A DNA stretch of 64,000 nucleotides from Firmicutes bacterium ADurb.Bin193 (GCA_002070105.1 MWCQ01000001.1:202253-266252); one strand, 5' to 3'; shown: positions 1 to 10,012, numbered from the stretch's first letter. A program made the numbers and translations. Notes: generated by a model not told the origin, from the letters alone.

Positions 1-1168
1 CGCCTCCGCCGCACGCAATTCCGATTGAAAGCCTGTCCCTGACCTTTTCGGCGTTTTGCCTCACTATATTGTATAAATAATTATTGTCGAAATACTCCTT
101 GTTGCCGCCGAACACATCACTGTATATATCGGCGTGCCTTGTTATAAAGGTTTGCTCATCTATAAATGCTCCGCCGTAGGTTTGAACCGACGAAAACAAA
201 TCGGGATACCGGAATGCAAGCTTTAACGCCCCGTAGCCGCCCATCGAAAAGCCTTCAATAGCCCTTCCTTCCCGTGATTTTATTGTTCTGTAAGTGCTGT
301 CAATATGCGGTATTAGCTCTTTTATAAGAGTGCTTTCCACGGCAACCTGTCCGTCGAAAGAATCCGAATAAAACGAGCGGTTAACGCCGTTTACGAAAAC
401 CACAACAGCCTCCGTTACCTTTTTGTCCTCCATATAATCCGACAGCTTGCCGAAAATTCTCGGACTTTGCGTTTCTTTCCCGCCAATGCCGTGAAGCCAG
501 TAAATAACGGGGTAGCTTTTTGAAGTCAATGAGTAATCGGGGGGCAGTAAAATCGAATATCCGACCTCGGTATTTACTAATTCACTGTAATATGTTTTAT
601 GCTCTATCCCTTTGGGAAGCTTCCCCTGTAATTCGTTTTTCCACACAACCCAATCCCTTTTTGTATCGGAGGCAGAAGGCTTAGGAGCTTGTTCCTTGGT
701 AATGGTAATTTCCCCCGTTTGTTCCTCCCACTCTACCTTGTAGCCTAAATTTTCCGCAATAAATCTAAGCGGAAGCATGGTTCTTTCGCTCATTATAACC
801 GGCGAAACATCAAGGACTGTTTCCTTACCGTTTACAGTTGCATTGGCTTTGCCTATCCATAGAACAATAACAGTATCACTGAGCTCTATCGTCACCTTTT
901 GCTCTTTATCGTTCCACTCTGCCGTCCCGCCGAGGGCTTCTGTAAGGCTTCTTATCGGGATAAGCGTCCTGCCTTCCGAAATGATGGGAACTGTTTGTCT
1001 GCCGGGGTCGATTTCCGCCCTTACGCCGTCAATTTCCATAATCGGATTCCCGATATACATAACAACCGTTTTGACATCATCGGCACTCGCATTTTTAGGA
1101 ATAAAGGTAAGTTGCGGTAATAAACAAATGAGAAAAAACAGGAATATCCGCTTTCCGATATTCTTCAT
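1..1168 (-). CDS. secreted esterase (putative-esterase type alpha/beta hydrolase) with signal peptide and a copper-amine-oxidase-N-like stalk domain; C-terminus cut by the window edge
   Basis: Hand translation of the minus strand from ATG at 1166-1168 gives MKNIGKRIFLFFLICLLPQL (signal peptide), TMLPLRFIAENLGYKVEW (CuAO-N-like) and YWLHGIGG...GFSMGGYGALKLAFRYPDLF (GxSxG nucleophile elbow). The frame stays open to position 1. It is absent from the ORF track because it is edge-truncated. Confidence 0.7.
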   Translation of the reverse strand, partial: MKNIGKRIFLFFLICLLPQLTFIPKNASADDVKTVVMYIGNPIMEIDGVRAEIDPGRQTVPIISEGRTLIPIRSLTEALGGTAEWNDKEQKVTIELSDTVIVLWIGKANATVNGKETVLDVSPVIMSERTMLPLRFIAENLGYKVEWEEQTGEITITKEQAPKPSASDTKRDWVVWKNELQGKLPKGIEHKTYYSELVNTEVGYSILLPPDYSLTSKSYPVIYWLHGIGGKETQSPRIFGKLSDYMEDKKVTEAVVVFVNGVNRSFYSDSFDGQVAVESTLIKELIPHIDSTYRTIKSREGRAIEGFSMGGYGALKLAFRYPDLFSSVQTYGGAFIDEQTFITRHADIYSDVFGGNKEYFDNNYLYNIVRQNAEKVRDRLSIGIACGGG

Positions 1169-1303
1169 ATTACATACACATCCTATTTAAAAGAGTCAGC
1201 TTTCAAGACCGCCTGCATGAGGTTTCGTTTGTCCCTGTGCGCACGATTATCATATTGTTTTCAGGCAAAATACAGAGTCTTCATAAGATGTTTTAGTACT
1301 GTG

Positions 1304-2674
1304 CTATATGTTTTCCGCAATAATCTGTGATTGATGTTTGATATCCAGCTTTTTTAATTCAAAGTATATAAATACTCCGGTGACAACCGTGGATGCAACA
1401 TCGGCAAAGGGTCCGGCGGATATGACACCCTCCAGTCCGAAAAATCTCGGCAAAATAAGCAGTGCCGGAATCATAAAAAGCACCTGTCTTGACAGCGCGA
1501 GAAATGCCGACTGCCTCGGCTTGCCGACAGCCTGAAAATAGCCCGTTGAAATAATCTGAAACCCGACTATGGGGAGAAACAGCATAAATCTTTTAAGCGC
1601 CTTTGTTGCGAAGACAATAAGCTCTGCATCCTTTCTGTTAAACAAATAAACCATCTTATTCGGAAACAGCATTGACGCGGTCCATCCGACAGTAAGAATG
1701 CAAGTTGCAAATATTACTGCCAAAATATATGCTTTTTTTACCCTGTCAAACTTTTTTGCGCCGTAATTATAGCCGATAATCGGCTGAGCGCCCTGAGATA
1801 TGCCGAGTATCGGCATTATCATAAGAACCGAAATGCTCATAACGATACCCATGCCCGAAATGGCAATATCTCCGCCGTAAGTAACCAAACTTTTGTTTAA
1901 GATATAGCTTTGCAGGCTTGAAGCGATTTGCATGGAAAAAGGAGCGGCGCCTATCGCAAAAATCCCGCCGACAACGGATTTTTTTAATTTCAGGTTTTTA
2001 ATACGAATTTTGAGTAAACTCTTGCCCCGCAGAAAGTATGAAAGCACCCATACCGCCGACACCATCTGAGAGAAAACGGTAGCAATAGCCGCACCCCTCA
2101 TCCCCCAATGGAAAACAAATATAAAAACGGGGTCCAATACGGTATTGACAAACGCCCCGATAAGCATGGTATACATTGCGATTTTCGGATTTCCTTCGGC
2201 CCGAATAAAATTATTAACACCCATTCCGAAAGACTGAAATACCCCGCCCAGCAGAATAATCTGAAGATATTCCTTCGCATAGGGCAAAATATCTTCGCTT
2301 GCGCCCAAAAGCCTCAAAAACTGTTCAAGACCTGTAAGCCCTATTATGGTTAAGGTAACGGGAATTAAAACCATTAAACTGATTGCATTGCCAAAAATCC
2401 CTTCCGCTTCTTCTCTTCTGTTTTCGCCCAATTTTATCGAAACCAGCGAATTTGCGCCTATGCCTATCAGCATACCGAAAGCCATCATAATAAGCATAAC
2501 GGGAAAACAAATGGTTATCCCCGCAATCCCGAGCGAGCCCACCCCGTTGCCGATATATATTCTGTCAACCACATTATACAGTGCGTTTACAAGCATACCG
2601 ACTATTGCAGGTATCGAAAATTTTAACAGCAGCTTTAATACTTTTTCTTCTCCTAATTGCTTTGAATTATCCAA
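1304..2674 (-). CDS. MATE family efflux transporter
   Basis: 456-aa polytopic membrane ORF. The N-terminus LKFSIPAIVGMLVNALYNVVDRIYIGN is typical of MATE proteins. Confidence 0.88.
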   Translation of the reverse strand: MDNSKQLGEEKVLKLLLKFSIPAIVGMLVNALYNVVDRIYIGNGVGSLGIAGITICFPVMLIMMAFGMLIGIGANSLVSIKLGENRREEAEGIFGNAISLMVLIPVTLTIIGLTGLEQFLRLLGASEDILPYAKEYLQIILLGGVFQSFGMGVNNFIRAEGNPKIAMYTMLIGAFVNTVLDPVFIFVFHWGMRGAAIATVFSQMVSAVWVLSYFLRGKSLLKIRIKNLKLKKSVVGGIFAIGAAPFSMQIASSLQSYILNKSLVTYGGDIAISGMGIVMSISVLMIMPILGISQGAQPIIGYNYGAKKFDRVKKAYILAVIFATCILTVGWTASMLFPNKMVYLFNRKDAELIVFATKALKRFMLFLPIVGFQIISTGYFQAVGKPRQSAFLALSRQVLFMIPALLILPRFFGLEGVISAGPFADVASTVVTGVFIYFELKKLDIKHQSQIIAENI

Positions 2675-2820
2675 CTGTCCATTTCTCCTATAAATTTTTT
2701 CGCTTTTATAAAATAAGCATTAAATCGAATGTATTACATAAGTATATAGATTATTTGTCGAAAAGTCAATACAGGCCCTTTGCTGTTTTGCACAAAGTAT
2801 AAATAGCACCTCTTTATCGC

Positions 2821-2849
2821 TTGACAATTATTTATTTATTTTATATAAT
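2821..2849 (+). promoter_or_regulatory. sigma-A type promoter for the GH3 gene
   Basis: TTGACA (2821-2826), 17-nt spacer, TATAAT (2844-2849). A 6-7 bp GC hairpin (2853-2869) follows at the predicted 5' end of the mRNA. Confidence 0.6.
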
Positions 2850-2914
2850 GTTTCGGGGTCGTGCCCCGAGTTTATTTAATCGGTAAACCATAAAAGCTGA
2901 ATAGGAGTGAGTTA

Positions 2915-4546
2915 ATGTTACCACCGTTAGAAAAGACTTATCTTGAAAAAATTTCACAAATAGAAAGCAAGATGACATTGCATGAGCTTGCTGCTCAGGT
3001 TCTCTGTCCGCTTGCATGTGATATGAATCTGGACGAAATTAAAGAGATGCTTGATAAGTATCCTATCGGAACTATGTTTGTCGCGGACGATACCAAGGAA
3101 CGCTGTCTGAAAATCAATGAAATGATGAATGCGGCTTCAAACATTCCAGGTTTAATCTGCGCTGATTTGGAAGGCGGCCCCGGCTGGAAAATCAATGACT
3201 GCACCCTTTTCCCATGGCCAATGACACTGGGAGCAAGTGACTCTCTTGAGCATGTCCGGATTATGGGTGAGTCAACGGCAAAGGAAGGCCGAGCCTGCGG
3301 TGTGCACTGGACACTTGCACCGGTTACGGATTTACTTATGAACAAGTTTTGTCCCTGTATCGGGGTAAGAGCCTGGGGAGATGAACCGAAACATATCTCT
3401 CGTATGGTCAATGCCTTTGTAAAGAGTGTCCAACATGACGGGTTGATGGCGGCAACCGCCAAGCATTTCCCCGGAGAGGGAACTGACAGCAGGGATACGC
3501 ATATGAGCGTCCCGGTCAATAAGCTTAGCGAAAAGGAATGGTTTGACACCTACGGTTATGTTTGGAAAAATATAATCGACAGCGGCGTTATGACCGTTAT
3601 GGTCAGCCATATCAATCTTGATTTTGTTGACAGCACGCCCGAAAACACCCCTCCCGTACCGGGATGCCTCAGTAAAAATGTTATACAGGGGTTACTGCGC
3701 GGGCGTTTAGGCTTTGACGGAGTGGTTATTTCCGATGCAATAAAAATGTGCGGTTGTTCCTCCAGCTACGGAGTAAATGAAATCGCATGGCGCCTTATCG
3801 ACAGCGGTGTCGATGTAGTCTTATTTTCCACACCGGATTATGACCACAAAGCAATCGTTGACGCGGTGCAAAGCGGCAAGCTCTCCGAGGAAAGACTGCG
3901 ACAGGCAGTCCGTAAGATACTTGAGCTGAAAGCCAGACTCGGACTGTTTGACGATGAGGCAAAAAAAGTTGAAGTCAGCAATGAGGACAAACAAAGGTAT
4001 TTAGACTGTGTGCGCGAAATATCCGAACGCGGCATAAAAATCGTGCGAGATATGAATTCCACGCTCCCGCTAAACCTTGACGATAATTCTAAAATTCTGA
4101 CAATTTCGCTTTTCCATGAGCATGTTGCGCGCCGCGGCAGAATTCAGCACCTTGACAAAATAGATGAAGCGCTTAAACAGCGAGGGTTTATTGTTGACCA
4201 CCTTGATAATCCTCCATCCGAAGATGTTCGCGCTGTGATGGGTAAATATAAAGCTATTTTTGTTAATTTCCATTTTCCGCCGCAATATGGCACTACAAGG
4301 ATGGACCAAATTCAATTTTACAGTATGCGCCAGGCGTTTTGGCGTGACCATCCCTGTGTTGTGTTCACCAGTTTCTGCCAACCGTCGTTGATTTATGAAT
4401 TTAATTTCCTGCCGAACTTAGTATTGTCATTCAGCAATACTCCGGAATCTCAGGAAGCGGCGGTTAAGGTATGGTTTGGTGAAATTCCGGTTACCGGAAA
4501 ATACCCGATTGGTTTTGAGGATTATTTTTCAAGAGAAGTAGAATAA
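2915..4546 (+). CDS. glycoside hydrolase family 3 protein (NagZ / beta-glucosidase-like)
   Basis: 543-aa ORF with KHFPGEGTDSRDTH and the nucleophile-region motif FDGVVISDA. RBS AGGAGTG lies upstream of the ATG. Confidence 0.82.
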   Translation: MLPPLEKTYLEKISQIESKMTLHELAAQVLCPLACDMNLDEIKEMLDKYPIGTMFVADDTKERCLKINEMMNAASNIPGLICADLEGGPGWKINDCTLFPWPMTLGASDSLEHVRIMGESTAKEGRACGVHWTLAPVTDLLMNKFCPCIGVRAWGDEPKHISRMVNAFVKSVQHDGLMAATAKHFPGEGTDSRDTHMSVPVNKLSEKEWFDTYGYVWKNIIDSGVMTVMVSHINLDFVDSTPENTPPVPGCLSKNVIQGLLRGRLGFDGVVISDAIKMCGCSSSYGVNEIAWRLIDSGVDVVLFSTPDYDHKAIVDAVQSGKLSEERLRQAVRKILELKARLGLFDDEAKKVEVSNEDKQRYLDCVREISERGIKIVRDMNSTLPLNLDDNSKILTISLFHEHVARRGRIQHLDKIDEALKQRGFIVDHLDNPPSEDVRAVMGKYKAIFVNFHFPPQYGTTRMDQIQFYSMRQAFWRDHPCVVFTSFCQPSLIYEFNFLPNLVLSFSNTPESQEAAVKVWFGEIPVTGKYPIGFEDYFSREVE

Positions 4547-4570
4547 ATAATATACACAAAGGAGATTTAT

Positions 4571-5224
4571 ATGTCACTGAAAGCTGTTTTATTTGACCTT
4601 GACGGAGTAATTGTTGATACTGCAAAATTTCATCACGAATCATGGGTAATGTTGGCAAATGAGCATGGGATTGATTTCCCCGAAGAGTTTTTTTACACCT
4701 TCAAAGGACTGGCAAGAAGCGAATGTGTAAAACTGCTGTTCAAGGATGAATCCGATGAGAATAAGCTGCAGGAATATGCGGCTAAAAAAAATGAGTATTA
4801 CAATGTAATGCTTAAAACCTTAAAGCCCGAGGATATTTTCGAAGGTGTAAAGGACCTGTTGCTTACCTTAAAGGACAATAATATAAAAATAGGGATTTGT
4901 TCGGCAAGCAAAAACACCATGACGGTGCTTGAAAAGCTTGAAATAAAAGAATTGTTTGACTGCATTATCGACGGTACACAGGTTGAAAATCCAAAGCCTG
5001 ATCCCGAGGTGTTTTTAAAAGGCGCTTTTGCTTTGTCGGTAAAAAACAACGAATGCATAGTGGTTGAAGATGCCGAGGTAGGCGTTGAAGCCGCAAAAAG
5101 AGCCGGAATGCTTGCGGTAGGTATCGGAAATAAAGAAAAATTAAAACAAGCGGATTTAATTCTTGAGCATACAAAGGAACTTAGCTATACTATGCTTATG
5201 GATTTGTACAAAAGCTCAATGTAA
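4571..5224 (+). CDS. pgmB: beta-phosphoglucomutase (HAD superfamily)
   Basis: LFDLDGVIVDT (HAD motif I), GICSASKN, and VVEDAEVGVEAAKRAGM. 217 aa. RBS AAAGGAG. Confidence 0.82.
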   Translation: MSLKAVLFDLDGVIVDTAKFHHESWVMLANEHGIDFPEEFFYTFKGLARSECVKLLFKDESDENKLQEYAAKKNEYYNVMLKTLKPEDIFEGVKDLLLTLKDNNIKIGICSASKNTMTVLEKLEIKELFDCIIDGTQVENPKPDPEVFLKGAFALSVKNNECIVVEDAEVGVEAAKRAGMLAVGIGNKEKLKQADLILEHTKELSYTMLMDLYKSSM

Positions 5225-5254
5225 GGTATAAGGTCTGTCTTGTCGGCACTACAT

Positions 5255-5281
5255 AGGCGGGTATCATTACGATACCCGCCT
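5255..5281 (+). terminator. stem-loop terminator after pgmB
   Basis: AGGCGGGTATC-ATTAC-GATACCCGCCT forms a perfect 11-bp stem 31 nt after the stop. The T tract is weak. Confidence 0.5.
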
Positions 5282-5325
5282 TAATACTTTAGACTATACC
5301 TTTAAGCCAAAGTTTTGAAAAATTA

Positions 5326-5354
5326 TTGATTATTTTCCAAAAAGCTGTTATAAT
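5326..5354 (+). promoter_or_regulatory. sigma-A promoter for putP
   Basis: TTGATT (5326-5331), 17-nt spacer ending in TGT, TATAAT (5349-5354). This is an extended -10. Confidence 0.55.
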
Positions 5355-5385
5355 TTTCATATATTTTATTGAGGAGGGTATTAAG

Positions 5386-6921
5386 TTGGATTTAAAGTAT
5401 GTTATGTTATTATCCATGGGCGCGTATATGATTGCGGTAATCATTATCGGATTCATTACGGCGAGGAGGACCAAAACCACGGCCGACTACTATCTAGGCG
5501 GCAGGACGCTCGGACCCTGGATTGCCGCAATGAGCGCGGAGGCTTCCGACATGAGCAGCTGGCTTTTAATGGGCTTGCCCGGCGTTGCATATCTGTTGGG
5601 TGTTGCCGATGCCACATGGACCGCAATCGGTCTCGCTGTCGGTACATATCTTAACTGGCTGTTGGTCGCACGCAGACTTCGCACATACACAATCGTTGCA
5701 AACGACTCCATTACACTACCTGACTTTTTCAGCAACCGCTTCCATGACAAAAACAGAATACTTATGAGCGTTTCTGCACTTATTATTCTTGTATTCTTTA
5801 TCCCGTATACCGCCTCCGGCTTTGCGGCATGCGGAAAGCTGTTTAACAGCCTTTACGGATTTGATTATATGACCGCAATGCTTATCAGCGCGGCCGTTGT
5901 TGTGCTGTATACTGCCATCGGCGGTTTTTTGGCGGAGAGCATAACCGACCTAGTACAGGGCTTTATTATGAGCTTTGCGCTTATAGTTATCCTTATTTTC
6001 GGTGTAATCTATGCGGGCGGCGTCGGTGCGGTTATCGACAACGCAAGCAAAATGAGCGGCTTCCTCAGTATGTTCCAGATGCACCTTCGCGAAAGCAATT
6101 CCGCTTCGCCCTACGGTATATTCACGATTGTTTCGACGCTGGCGTGGGGTCTCGGTTACTTTGGTATGCCCCATATACTCCTTCGTTTTATGGCAATCAG
6201 CAGCACAAAGGAGCTTAAAAAATCCCGAATTATCGCTTGCACATGGTGCTTTATCTCGCTTGCGGCCGCTATCTTAATCGGTCTGGTCGGCGCCGTTGCA
6301 CTTCCCGACCTGTTAAAGGGCAGCGCGAATATGGCATCGGATTCGGAAACCGTGTTTATAAAGCTTGCCGAGCTTTTAAGCTCCTACGGCGTTATTGCCG
6401 CCATTTTTGCGGGTATCATTATTTCGGGTATTCTGGCGGCGACAATGAGTACATCCGATTCACAGCTTTTGGTTGCTTCTTCTTCCATTGCGCAGAATTT
6501 CTTTAAAGGATATGTCAAAAAGAATGCAACTGAAAAACAGGTTATGTGGATTGCAAGGGCCACGGTTATTTTGATTGCCGTAATTTCGGCATATATTGCG
6601 CGTGACCCGTACAGCAATATTTTCGACATCGTGTCTTATGCGTGGGCAGGCTTCGGCGCGGCATTCGGTCCCGTAATACTGTTTTCGCTTTTCTGGAAGC
6701 GCACGACACTGCTCGGCGCATTGTCCGGTATGCTGAGCGGCGCCGCAATGGTTGTTATTTGGGATACCCTCGGGAAAACGACCGGAGGCGTGTTCAAGCT
6801 TTATGAGCTCCTCCCCGCATTTATCATCGCCTGCATTTTTATTGTTGTAGTCAGCCTGATAGACAAAAAGCCGTCCGATGAAATTCAGACGGAATTTGAT
6901 AAGGTTAAAGCATCGGTATAA
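5386..6921 (+). CDS. putP: sodium:proline symporter (SSF family)
   Basis: YYLGGRTLGPWIAAMSAEASDMSSWLLMGLPG and about 13 TM segments. I moved the start to TTG 5386, which sits 7 nt after GAGGAGGG. The track start at 5326 lies inside the promoter. Confidence 0.85.
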   Translation: MDLKYVMLLSMGAYMIAVIIIGFITARRTKTTADYYLGGRTLGPWIAAMSAEASDMSSWLLMGLPGVAYLLGVADATWTAIGLAVGTYLNWLLVARRLRTYTIVANDSITLPDFFSNRFHDKNRILMSVSALIILVFFIPYTASGFAACGKLFNSLYGFDYMTAMLISAAVVVLYTAIGGFLAESITDLVQGFIMSFALIVILIFGVIYAGGVGAVIDNASKMSGFLSMFQMHLRESNSASPYGIFTIVSTLAWGLGYFGMPHILLRFMAISSTKELKKSRIIACTWCFISLAAAILIGLVGAVALPDLLKGSANMASDSETVFIKLAELLSSYGVIAAIFAGIIISGILAATMSTSDSQLLVASSSIAQNFFKGYVKKNATEKQVMWIARATVILIAVISAYIARDPYSNIFDIVSYAWAGFGAAFGPVILFSLFWKRTTLLGALSGMLSGAAMVVIWDTLGKTTGGVFKLYELLPAFIIACIFIVVVSLIDKKPSDEIQTEFDKVKASV

Positions 6922-6942
6922 AATATAATAGGTTATAAAATT

Positions 6943-6970
6943 GCGCAGGAAGGAGTAATCCTTCCTGCGC
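6943..6970 (+). terminator. stem-loop terminator after putP
   Basis: GCGCAGGAAGGA-GTAA-TCCTTCCTGCGC forms a perfect 12-bp stem 22 nt after the stop codon. Confidence 0.6.
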
Positions 6971-7154
6971 TGTGTAATATAAGAAATATTGTTGATTGAC
7001 ACAAAGAAACCGGACACCTATGTTCATTGTCATACCTTTTTCCTCAAATTCCTTTTGTTAAACCTCCGCATCCTTGTCAATTATCGGTTTATCGAATGAA
7101 AGCAGCATAAAATTCATCTGCTCCCGCTTGGAATTCTTTGTTACATAGCCCACG

Positions 7155-7211
7155 AAAAAAGCCCTCAAATCCTTGATACTATCATACTATAATCCGGTCG
7201 GATTTGAAAGC
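7155..7211 (-). terminator. possible terminator of the lipoprotein operon
   Basis: Arms GCCCTCAAATCC and GGATTTGAAAGC pair with 10 of 12 positions across a 27-nt loop. An A-run and a T-run flank the arms, so the minus-strand RNA ends in U6. Confidence 0.35.
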
Positions 7212-7286
7212 CTTTTTTGAATTTTGGTTTAGTTCAGGGCGTTATTGCGAAGTCGGAGAGGCTTGTTGTTTTGCCGACAATCCGTT

Positions 7287-8147
7287 TTAGTTGTTTGCTG
7301 GCTGTTCTTTATAGTAATACATAACACTTGTTGAAACGCCGCCCTGTCCATGAATATCAATAAGGCTGATTGTTTTTTTAACCGGGTCGTATTCTGTTTC
7401 AAACTCATAATCCGTGCCGTCCGGCTTATATGTAATAGTCGTATCTTTAACAGACCACTTTCCTTTGCTGAAATCGCCGTATGCCGTTGAAGTATAACTA
7501 CCGTCAGGGTTAAACTCAAAATACTCGTCAACATGATGTCCTCCGGGCGCCTGAAACACTATTTCTCCTTTCTCATTATACCTTACGACTTCTTCGGGTT
7601 TAACACGGAAAACGCCTATTATATCGTTATAATATACGGAGTTTTTGTCTTTAGCCTTAAAGGTCTTCAACACCGCTTCAGCCTCATTCATTATATCGGT
7701 GTATTGTTTTAAGTCTTCAGGTGTTTTATCATCATAGGGAAATTCAAACGGAAGAATATAAGCATAAACCTTGCCGTTTATTTCGCTGAGTTTTTCGTAG
7801 GGAAAGGGCTCGTTTTCCTTTTTTGAATCCTGTTCCCATTTTTCCCTGTTTCCGTATTCGACAATGGTAAAGATTATCGGGTTTTGTACGGTGGCGCTTT
7901 TGGAGACAGTTTTGTGCGAAACCACAAAATTATTGTCCTCGTTTATTATCACCTTATCCTCCCAGGATTTCGGCGCTTCCAGCATAAATCCGTATTTTTC
8001 GGAAGTGATTATGTATTTTTCATCTTTTGACTGACTTGCGGCGGGCGAAGGTGTCGGGCCGTTTTGCGTTATGGCGTTGCAAGAAGCAAGCACAACAACA
8101 GTAAGAATCAATGCGAATGATTTTAATAATTTAACCGCTTTTTTCAT
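7287..8147 (-). CDS. lipoprotein of unknown function
   Basis: Signal peptide with lipobox LTVVVLASC, followed by a Pro/Ser linker. No catalytic motif recognised. Confidence 0.7.
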   Translation of the reverse strand: MKKAVKLLKSFALILTVVVLASCNAITQNGPTPSPAASQSKDEKYIITSEKYGFMLEAPKSWEDKVIINEDNNFVVSHKTVSKSATVQNPIIFTIVEYGNREKWEQDSKKENEPFPYEKLSEINGKVYAYILPFEFPYDDKTPEDLKQYTDIMNEAEAVLKTFKAKDKNSVYYNDIIGVFRVKPEEVVRYNEKGEIVFQAPGGHHVDEYFEFNPDGSYTSTAYGDFSKGKWSVKDTTITYKPDGTDYEFETEYDPVKKTISLIDIHGQGGVSTSVMYYYKEQPANN

Positions 8148-8163
8148 TTTTCCCCTCCATTTA

Positions 8164-8880
8164 TTATTTTACCGGAAAATCAAAATACTCATCTGGATAA
8201 GGCTCATCCTTTAATTTATAGTGCCACCACTCCTCCGGATAAATTTCAAAGCCGGCATCAACCATAGCGTCACGCAGGATATTTCGGTTTTTCTCCTGCT
8301 CCTTCGTGATTAAATCAGTGCCGTGATTTGAAATTCCGCCAAAAAAGTCAAACCCGCTTCCCATATCCAATTCTTCGCCCGTGGATAAATCAACCAAGGT
8401 CAAATCGACGGTGCTCCCTCGCGAGTGGCCGGATTTCTCCGCAATATATCCCAGTTCGAACAAAACGGATTTATCCAAATCGGGATAGTATTTCCACTTT
8501 GTTTTGGTATCGTCTATATCCTTTGCCCAGCGTATGAAATGGTTAACCGCTCTCTGGGGACGGTATGCATCGAAAACTTTAATGCAGTATCCCTGCTCAT
8601 ACAGATTATCGGCGGATTTTTTAAGCGCCTGCGCCGCCTCTTTTGTAAGTATCGCCTTTGGGGCTTGATAGCCGTCAATTACTGCTCCCACAAAATTGTC
8701 CTCGCTGAAATATCGTATCTCAAGCTGTGCGGCCGGAATTTCATCTGTTACATATACAAACCCGTCGGGAAGCTGATTCGGGTTTGATACAAAAGTACAG
8801 GATGCAAGTATTACCGCTACCGCTATTGATACAATACCCCATCTTATAAATCTGTTTTTTGTCTTTACCGTTTCCGACAT
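8164..8880 (-). CDS. D-alanyl-D-alanine dipeptidase (VanX/DdpX, peptidase M15D) with lipoprotein signal
   Basis: SGHSRGSTVDLTLVD (Zn ligands His and Asp) and PEEWWHY (Glu/His). N-terminal TM segment with AVILASC lipobox. Confidence 0.82.
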   Translation of the reverse strand: MSETVKTKNRFIRWGIVSIAVAVILASCTFVSNPNQLPDGFVYVTDEIPAAQLEIRYFSEDNFVGAVIDGYQAPKAILTKEAAQALKKSADNLYEQGYCIKVFDAYRPQRAVNHFIRWAKDIDDTKTKWKYYPDLDKSVLFELGYIAEKSGHSRGSTVDLTLVDLSTGEELDMGSGFDFFGGISNHGTDLITKEQEKNRNILRDAMVDAGFEIYPEEWWHYKLKDEPYPDEYFDFPVK

Positions 8881-8902
8881 AATATCACCCCTTGATTTTA
8901 TA

Positions 8903-10012
8903 TTAAGCCTTAAAAGTCTGAGCGTTTTGTTTGTTAACGAAATAATTTGGTTTTAATTTCAAATACAGGTATGCGATTAAATCGGATGCTATTAAAATGA
9001 CCGCGGACATTCCGACAATTGTCCGGATACTTAAGGGGCCTTCCATAAATATATAAACAAGAATTCCCAATATAATCCAATGAGCAATGTATATTTGATT
9101 TACATTTTTGCTCCACCGACTGAGAGTATTAAAACCGCGGTTTTTAAAGGGAAGCGTTAAAAAGTACAACAGACTGATCCAAAACAGCGAAAAGACCGTT
9201 AATACTATATTCCCGAACAAGTCCTGATGATAATACTGCTGTTGCCAGAGGTCCCCGAAAGCGCCGAATTTGATACCATAGTTATAGCTGAGAACGGTAA
9301 GGGGTATAAGCAAAACAGCGCTTATTATCAGTATCCTTTTATACATATCCGTTTTATTATTGCAGTGCATAAGAACGGTCCCGAAAATATATCCCGAAAC
9401 GGGGAAGAATATCCATGAGAAAAACGGGAACCATGACCTGTCCCAACTGCCCCAAAACAGCCCCGCCAATACATCAAGCCCAAAAATTCCCGTGGAGGTT
9501 TCGCCCAAAATTGCGCCGATTGCGCTGAAGACAATCGCACACGAAAAAATCTGCCATATTTTTAATTTAAGCTTTATAACCAAAGCGAAGAATAAAAAAG
9601 TAAGGCCCGCGAACTGTAAAATATCAACACCCAACAGTTCAAGCACGCCGTCTTTAAAAATTTCCGAATCTTCGTTTATAACGGAACTTATAAACGAAGG
9701 AATTACATCGCGGAATAGTCCCAGCGCATAAGCCATAATCAGAATAATAATGCCTCTTTTAAATAAAAATGCGGCAGAAGTCCTTTTTGAGTAGACTATG
9801 CCGACCCCCAGCAGCAGCATAAATACCGGCGCCGCGGGAGGGGAGCCGAGAAATTCAATAATGTGGGATGAGGCCGTTTGCGGAAAAGGATCACCGCTAA
9901 AAAGCTCAAATGTATGTACCAGTACCATGAAAGCAATTGCAAGACCTTTTGCGATATCAAGCTCTGATTGCCTTCCGCAGTTGACCTTTTGAGAGGAAAA
10001 TATATTCTCCAT
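8903..10012 (-). CDS. membrane acyltransferase-like protein (DUF1624 / heparan-alpha-glucosaminide N-acetyltransferase-like)
   Basis: 369 aa, about 10 TM segments. The N-terminal RQSELDIAKGLAIAFMVLVHTFE is characteristic of this family. Confidence 0.65.
   Translation of the reverse strand: MENIFSSQKVNCGRQSELDIAKGLAIAFMVLVHTFELFSGDPFPQTASSHIIEFLGSPPAAPVFMLLLGVGIVYSKRTSAAFLFKRGIIILIMAYALGLFRDVIPSFISSVINEDSEIFKDGVLELLGVDILQFAGLTFLFFALVIKLKLKIWQIFSCAIVFSAIGAILGETSTGIFGLDVLAGLFWGSWDRSWFPFFSWIFFPVSGYIFGTVLMHCNNKTDMYKRILIISAVLLIPLTVLSYNYGIKFGAFGDLWQQQYYHQDLFGNIVLTVFSLFWISLLYFLTLPFKNRGFNTLSRWSKNVNQIYIAHWIILGILVYIFMEGPLSIRTIVGMSAVILIASDLIAYLYLKLKPNYFVNKQNAQTFKA

Noticed and set aside
777-1190. 137-aa and 73-aa plus-strand ORFs at the left edge
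   Set aside because: Antisense to the edge-truncated esterase gene, which has a signal peptide, a CuAO-N-like domain and a GxSxG motif on the minus strand.
6975-7160. Gene remnant or small ORFs (19 and ~43 codons, minus strand) in the putP/lipoprotein spacer
   Set aside because: RBS spacing is poor for the first. The second overlaps the putP terminator hairpin. No recognisable protein similarity by eye.
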